A stretch of DNA of 38,910 bases from Nemertoderma westbladi (lineage: Eukaryota > Animalia > Xenacoelomorpha), in NCBI GenBank assembly GCA_032718475.1, contig JAUCBJ010003625.1, forward strand, positions 1-38,910, in the 5' to 3' direction. The position numbers and the translations under genes are program-made. The notes beneath the pieces were generated by a model. The model had not been told where the DNA came from and made no database searches. It saw only the letters and a program-made list of their open reading frames with translations. Each line of letters begins with the position of its first letter. Within the stretch, counting starts at the first letter, position 1. Of the stretch, positions 33,701-38,910 are shown in pieces.

Positions 33701-34811
33701 GCGACCTGGTCGAGGGGGGACTGGGGGACTTCTTATCGGACATCCGGGACTTCCACAACGGGACCGCGTGGATGGGGGATCGGCTGGCTCGGGTGGAAAC
33801 CGTGGCCGGGGTAGATTCAATGGGAGACCTAACTGGTTCGGTTGGAGATCTTCTATGGGATCTAACTGGTTCGGTTGGAGATTTAATCGGCTCAGTAGGA
33901 GATCTCGCATAGGATCTAACGGGTTCAGTAGATCTGGAAGGGGATCTAATGGATTCGGTGGGGTTGGGTAACCACACGGTTCGAGCTCGAACCGCTTTGT
34001 TTGGAAAGGGCGCGCGGCCACTACTGGGTCCGAGTTGTGAGTTATTGGAATTATCCCGTTTACTGAACGCGTCGATGGCGGCGGCAACCGGGGAGGTCTC
34101 CCTGTTGTTGTTGGAGTCCTCGGGGGTCGTCTCTATGGTAACCGAGGATGTGGTCGACGTGTTGGTTATCTCGGAGAGCGCGACGGATTCCGGGGAGCTG
34201 ACGACGTCACTGGAGGAGGTCCGCAGTCGGGAACGACGGCGGTCAACCCAGGACTGCAGGTCGCCTTCGTAACCGAAGGTGACCTCGGGAGGGGAGGTTG
34301 GGGGCGATAGGGAAGGGGTCAACCGGTAGTGAGTCGGTTGGGTGGGGGAAGCGAGCGACGGAGGGGAGGACGTCTTACGCGGGCTGTGTAAATCACCGGC
34401 CGACTTCCTCGTCTGCGTGATTCCTCCCTTAGGTGCACTCGACGAGTGCGGCTTTACGAAGGCGAATGGATTGGGTTGGACCTGGGAGTAAACCGAGACC
34501 GGGAGACGGGGGTGCGGCCCTTCGCGTTTAGATTCCCCGTAGCGACCTGAGGCGGCTGAGTCGGGACGCGAGGAATCCGAGCCGGATTGCTCGCCGTTCT
34601 CGGCGATCCGCGAGCGGAGGAACCCGACGGCGTCCGGTTGCCCGTACAAGTCGCTGCGACGTCGCGGAGCCCCGAAGGCCGGGCGACGGGAGTGCGGGCG
34701 TTCCGACTGGCCTCGGTGGTGGGAAGTCTTCGAGAAGTCCTTAGATACCTCGTCCACCCGACCCCGGTCTTCCCACATACTGATTTTTGATTGAAGACGC
34801 GACGGATTCAT
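30738..34811 (-). CDS. DENND2: DENN domain-containing protein 2 / ST5-like Rab GEF, long disordered N-terminus, single uninterrupted ORF (~1357 aa from ATG 34811; frame open from 34886)
   Basis: QQLFDYVFVVGL, AIPSFCFPD, SETFSFVLTSEDGSRLFGYCRR, RLPETYCIIS.LGCFGL, RPLDSRLEHVNF, FASLLLERRVI, LYPFQWQHTYIPVLP..LIDM.CSPTPY, FLRFFVEL, F.QTQM..FI match the uDENN-cDENN-dDENN module of the DENND2/ST5 family. Confidence 0.9.
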   Translation of the reverse strand: MNPSRLQSKISMWEDRGRVDEVSKDFSKTSHHRGQSERPHSRRPAFGAPRRRSDLYGQPDAVGFLRSRIAENGEQSGSDSSRPDSAASGRYGESKREGPHPRLPVSVYSQVQPNPFAFVKPHSSSAPKGGITQTRKSAGDLHSPRKTSSPPSLASPTQPTHYRLTPSLSPPTSPPEVTFGYEGDLQSWVDRRRSRLRTSSSDVVSSPESVALSEITNTSTTSSVTIETTPEDSNNNRETSPVAAAIDAFSKRDNSNNSQLGPSSGRAPFPNKAVRARTVWLPNPTESIRSPSRSTEPVRSYARSPTEPIKSPTEPVRSHRRSPTEPVRSPIESTPATVSTRASRSPIHAVPLWKSRMSDKKSPSPPSTRSPRRRANTSDSKRSAVERLVRNPVPVGQTAAAVRDAVNSTAPVRQPASLRVPLRQPARHSLPEDTDFRSSNHRRSISPLGRQSPRPYVRMFAENFDVSTYQFDKEARRSVRSSIVDAVYRGLDASAAEPRIVRSRYSVANPPPNDNRGKRNSAELLPNRFSPREKPSEVDSGNVESSSETTYLSCDSTEAISSEKVSRRSCDALPARESRPEGKPKSLSDLSFRHRPYKRSVNHSSEAELLEVINRAVRELGRPVRAEATPPPKPARTFAYDLEQLKERTGGQQGARGRPADAVLMRDTLRLVERVNHTGSRDNKQTIRGRSPTDKEVNGSANRNRSTVAGRPSKVNNNISGTSVSAAETNNLQMNRPATFYTDLSGDSDLTRSEPLARNNTIGDYLRSPPSQPQSDGTLRHGRSEFRRTFNMKTRTLGNVLRRSKSMRSRRNAAEHSEEPSSDTRSEGKSRAESNVSQLTDRSELSSASGERGIGLRQRIAAAFSGLRRHPAGPSGSDVASLTSLEDRDSVVDAMKCVSLDRRNAEDKYQQLFDYVFVVGLNKSPDGAAGYQPAIIYRFPPDPSGSDPCDKLDAIPSFCFPDARLWAPVEAYRSETFSFVLTSEDGSRLFGYCRRFLPPAAAGNRSSQRRVGGGPPGVGNPRLPETYCIISPLGCFGLYEAILNEVEEHRSISTSAVFAFLKSVINHPFPRAGEKIEVDLPDWQKVDFKRSVLVLQRPLDSRLEHVNFDCLFSSLSVTKVIQVFASLLLERRVILSARKISKLSECVHALSALLYPFQWQHTYIPVLPVDLIDMCCSPTPYVVGVLSIGVPELETLPLEEVLLVDLDCGTFVRTIGDESSLLPSRLVEALENSIYSVERGDCPQRTVVVESFLRFFVELLVGFHDHLTSGATDRLVRFDADAFRRKKSSKSLRRFLKPFNQTQMMGAFIHREARLSLEEQRGGLFHIRLNEYVKELSSMSVRDRLRRRKYSRKPRKD

Positions 34812-35399
34812 ATCGCTAGGTCTCCAACCATCCGAACCGTTTGCTATGGCTACTGCAATAACATTATCTTTGATGTTGATCTTCAATTGACAAAATATTT
34901 AATTAATATCATTTAAATCCAGCATAGGCCTATATAATAAGCGCTAGTATTTCTGTAAAGCGAAGCTGGAAGCCAGGTATTCATTACATTGTAATATTAT
35001 TATTATATTTATAGGGCTGTAGGGCCTAGGCCTAGGCTATTCATTAATGCATTACGCCCTGAAAAGGGACGGCTACAGGGCTACTGTAAATATAAACAAT
35101 AAACAATAATATATAATACTGGCACCGCACTTGAACTTTAACATAACATAGGCATATACTTTAAAATAGAGTTTTATGAAATTAATAAATTTATTTCCAT
35201 CATATGCAGATATGGTAAAATTTATTATAGATCAAAAAATAAACCAAAACATTTGTTAATTAAAATCTAAATTATAAACGGTTTAGGGACATAAAAGCGA
35301 AGAGTCAGTTTTACAATATATTTATAAAGGCTGGTCGGGGCGTTGCAAGCACATTAGAAACAGAATAACTCTCAAGTTGCTTCGGCGGGGTGGAATTTT

Positions 35400-36270
35400 A
35401 CTACACGAGTTGTAATGCTCATGGCCATCCATGCTCATGGGCACCATAACCAGCAAAAAGAATCGTCCGTTGAACGCCAGCATGGGGGATCACTGTAGAG
35501 TTGATGGTGCCATCTTTTCGACACTAGCTGTGCTCCGGCCCGGCGGCGTTTTCCAGCAAGACATTGTAGATCAACAGGAGAACTAGCAGACTAGCTGGAT
35601 CCTCTACTGCAAGTAGGATGGCTGTTGACGAAGAATATCGGATGATGCCGCACCATACTGCCATAACTTCCAGTACAACGCGCGGAGACGTTGAACATAG
35701 GTTAGCGTTAGACCCTCCACTTGATCATTGTCTACTAAGATACAGCATCCGTATGTGATAGCGGGTAATATTACAGTATTATAGACCGACACAGATGATG
35801 TGCCGAGTTTATCGACATTAGTTTTAGATTTACTCTGAATGCTAGACACGCGCATGCTGCTAATGCTAAACCTTTATTGTATAGATAATCATAGTGACCC
35901 TTCGCTCCATTTTTTGTGGAGAACACGATACGAAGTAATTAAAGGATGTGGCAAATTCTAGTTGATGGCCACTGTACTCAAGCTTATCATGGATGGATGA
36001 CGGCCACCACGACGGAATTTGACAACTTTAGTTTTGCTTATATTAACAGTTAAATGGTTTGAATGGCAGTAGGCCTATTCTTCAAGAGCCCTTAGGCTGT
36101 TTTGGACTTCAATGATACTGTTTCCAACGATGACAAGGTCATCTGCTTGCATACATTATCGTAAAACACATAAATGAAGACAGAATCAGTGGGAGGTCCA
36201 GAGGTCGGATATGAAGAGGCTAAATAGAATTGGGGAAAGCTTATCGCCCTGAATCACTCCTATGGCAGTA
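35400..36270 (-). mobile_element. Degraded LINE RT/C-terminal remnant (RTE-like)
   Basis: GVIQGDKLSPILF (~36260-36222), ADDLVIV (~36150-36128), YNTVILPAITYG. Confidence 0.55.
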
Positions 36271-36299
36271 TGGTTTGGGTAATGGGATCAAGAACATAT

Positions 36300-38045
36300 T
36301 GACCAATACAACTCTCGGAGCCGATGTAGTATATCTCGATTTGCGTTGTGCCTTGATACTGTATCCCACAAGCTGCTACTCCAAAAGTTGAACGCATATG
36401 GAATCCAAGGTAGTGTGGCACAATGGATCAGCAATTTATTCTCCAATCGTTCTCAATGTGTACGTGTAAATGGTGTACTAAGCTAAGTAGTTCCCGCATG
36501 GTCTCCAGTGGTGTCCCCTAAGCACTAAGGAACGATGACTGCCCTTATTTCTGTATTTTGTTCGTAAATTTGTGAATGACATTCCTGATGTTGTATCGTC
36601 CATTTGTAAGGTGTTTGTTGATGACACCAAGATTTACAGGCCAATCCACAGTTCTGCTGATATTGATTGTCTCCAGGCTGCAGGGCTGACTTACACTCAC
36701 TTGATGATTGGGCAAATAGTTGGCATCTTCAGTTCAACCCAGCCCAGGTTGGAATTCATGCATGAGCGCGCAGGTACGCTTTGTTGTTTTGAAATCACCG
36801 CGCACCTGAAATTGGCTCGTCGCGCACCTCATCATATGTCATAATCCAAACAAAATCGCGCAGCTCATGTCATGCATATCTCAAAAAATCGCACAGTTCA
36901 TAAGAACAATTTTACATTCCTATTTTACAAGTTTGAGCGTTTTAAGCTTATCTTTACGTCTGTCTGTCTGTACGTTGAATCTAGGCTTACATAATAAATG
37001 TAATTTTTGCAACATCAAAATTGTTAATATTAAAAAATATTTTTTTAATCCACTACTATGGTGGCCCATCGGGCTCACTGCTTTTATAACAGAAAATATT
37101 ATTTTAGATTACAAACAAAACATGTACCGGTAATTTCAAAAAAACGAATATTGAAATAGGTACCAGTCTGCCAATAATACTTTGTATAGGCCTACCTAAC
37201 AATTAGGCTTAAACATACAGTTGGCTTATAATTAAGTCATACTTATAATACATTGTTACTTTCTGACTTTACCTGTTTACTAACGTAACATCGGCATAGC
37301 ATAGACCTAATAACAATACAACAATAGAGTACTGTAGTTAAAATAAATAGACAAATTCAGCTCCGGTTGCCGGTATTACAGTATTATGGTGAAGTGATTT
37401 GACTGTTTGAAGAATTGGAAATGAGAAACTAATGCGAGCGCAGCGAGCGAAATTTTTTTGTGTATTTTCGTGATTTCAATTAATTTGTGGTGCGCATCAG
37501 AGGCAGAGCTGCGCGCTGAGGCGCAACGCGCACCTGTCTCACACCCGAACGCGCACCTGTCTCACCCAAACGCGCAACGCGCATCTGGTTTGCGGTCATT
37601 CGCGCAGGTACGCGTCCGAGTTTTGCAGCATGAATTCCAACCTGGAACCCAGCTAAGTGTAAAGTTGTTCATCTTGGACGTAATCCACTCGGAATGGCAC
37701 CATTCATGGAATAACAGAATAAGATCTGTTATTCCATGAATGGTGCCATTCTAGAATCTGTCAATGAAGAAAAGGATCTTGGTGTAACGTTTAGTTCTAA
37801 TCTTTCATTCACCATTCACTGTTCTATCATAGCAGCCAGAACAAGGCGTGTTCTAAATCTTGTGAAACATACATTAACCTTTATGGAACCCCGTATGTTC
37901 CTCAACCTGTATCGAGCTATTATAAAACCACTTCGCGAGTATGCTACAGTAGTTTGATGCCCCTACCAGCAGAAAGACATCGACATGACGACATGTTAGA
38001 ACGTGTGCAGCATCGTACCATCAAGATTGTTGCTTCCTCCAGGCT
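36300..38045 (+). mobile_element. Degraded CR1-clade LINE RT region, split by a hAT-like insertion
   Basis: DVVYLD, DTVSHKLLLQKLNAYGI, SGVP, VNDIPD...FVDDTKIY, WHLQFNPA|KCKVVHLG across the insertion, EKDLGV, LERVQ. Confidence 0.85.
36744..37645. mobile_element. hAT-like MITE nested in the CR1 remnant
   Basis: Perfect 18-bp TIR CCAGGTTGGAATTCATGC, 8-bp TSD AACCCAGC (36736-36743 / 37646-37653), subterminal CGCGCA repeats. Confidence 0.9.
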
Positions 38046-38053
38046 GAGGCTGT

Positions 38054-38087
<34 letters not shown>

Positions 38088-38093
38088 GGGGTG

Positions 38094-38869
38094 TAGGGCT
38101 CGATCGGAGCTCCGGCCTCCGGCTCCGGCCATTTTGGCACCTCCGGCTCCTGCTCCGGCTCCGGTAAAAATATTGCCGGAGTTAATTTTTTAATAAAGTA
38201 TTATATTTCGTGCATATTCTAATAACTGTAGTACAGCTTCAATATCAAGCATAATACCTGAATACTGCAGTATTTACTTAAAGTCAATGACTGACTGACT
38301 GTACTGCCTGACTGCAGTACTGGCTGACTGGTACTGGCCAGCTGGCTAACTAGCAGACTATTACAGATAGGCCCTACTGTGACTGTCAGACTGTAAAAAA
38401 TTGTAAATGCTATGATTGTACACTGTACCACTGCAGCATTTACTGATTTACTGAGGCTGTCATGCCAGCATACTGTACTGAAGTCATGCAGTACTGGTAC
38501 ACGTACGGCAGTACGGTAGGCTACCTACAATCTGACAGTACACACCTCTACCACACAGTTAGTGAGTTAGGTACCACTGTAGGTAATTTTTAGCCGTCAG
38601 CGTCAGGCCGTCTTTCTGTGATAATTAATTAATTAAATTTTAAATTGAAAATTCGTAAATCTATAAATTCAAATTATGAAATTAATTAGACCTACAGTAT
38701 GATTGATTATGAGCGATTGGCGAACGATAACCATACTTATTTTTTTTTAATAAATAATTAAATTTTTTAAATTTTTTAAACACTCCGGCTCCTGCTCCGG
38801 CTCCGGCCAAATTGTCCAACTCCGGCTCCTGCTCCGGCTCGGCCAAATCCCAACTCCGATCGAGCCCTA
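38094..38869. mobile_element. hAT-type MITE
   Basis: TIR TAGGGCTCGATCGGAG, 8-bp TSD GTGGGGTG (38086-38093 / 38870-38877), subterminal CTCCGG repeats. Confidence 0.92.
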
Positions 38870-38910
38870 GTGGGGTGCCTACATACTATTGTACTATAAG
38901 TATGCCTTAC

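Noticed and set aside
30796-34790. Numerous short plus-strand and alternate-frame ORFs over the DENND2 gene
   Set aside because: Shadow ORFs caused by high GC content; no recognisable motifs
38055-38092. Poly-G tracts (also 7834-7854 and poly-C 6257-6275) as functional G-quadruplexes
   Set aside because: Simple homopolymers adjoining TE junctions; length unreliable and no independent evidence of function

Overview
AT-rich, repeat-dense eukaryotic DNA that looks metazoan (invertebrate-like): spliceosomal GT-AG introns, a DENND2/ST5-family gene, and L2, CR1, RTE and CRE-like LINEs plus hAT, Harbinger and TA-target MITEs. Two host genes lie on the minus strand. (1) A 7-exon phospholipase D (20185->3893, ~825 aa when spliced by hand) with the plant-type C2-PLD architecture: N-terminal C2 domain, two HKD motifs, IYIENQYF, C-terminal ...LPDDLTT. 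It carries an in-frame 105-bp duplication right after the second HKD. (2) A GC-rich, apparently single-coding-exon DENND2-like Rab GEF (34811->30738). PLD intron 3 holds an apparently intact antisense L2-clade LINE whose ORF1 and ORF2 are in one frame, separated by a single TGA-CTG. Two 27-bp minisatellites flank the PLD gene; the 3.2-kb one has higher-order structure and adjoins a dispersed repeat inside diverged inverted arms. The strongest candidates for novelty are the plant-type C2-PLD in an animal-like genome and the possible stop-codon read-through in the LINE. Neither can be confirmed without database searches or expression data.
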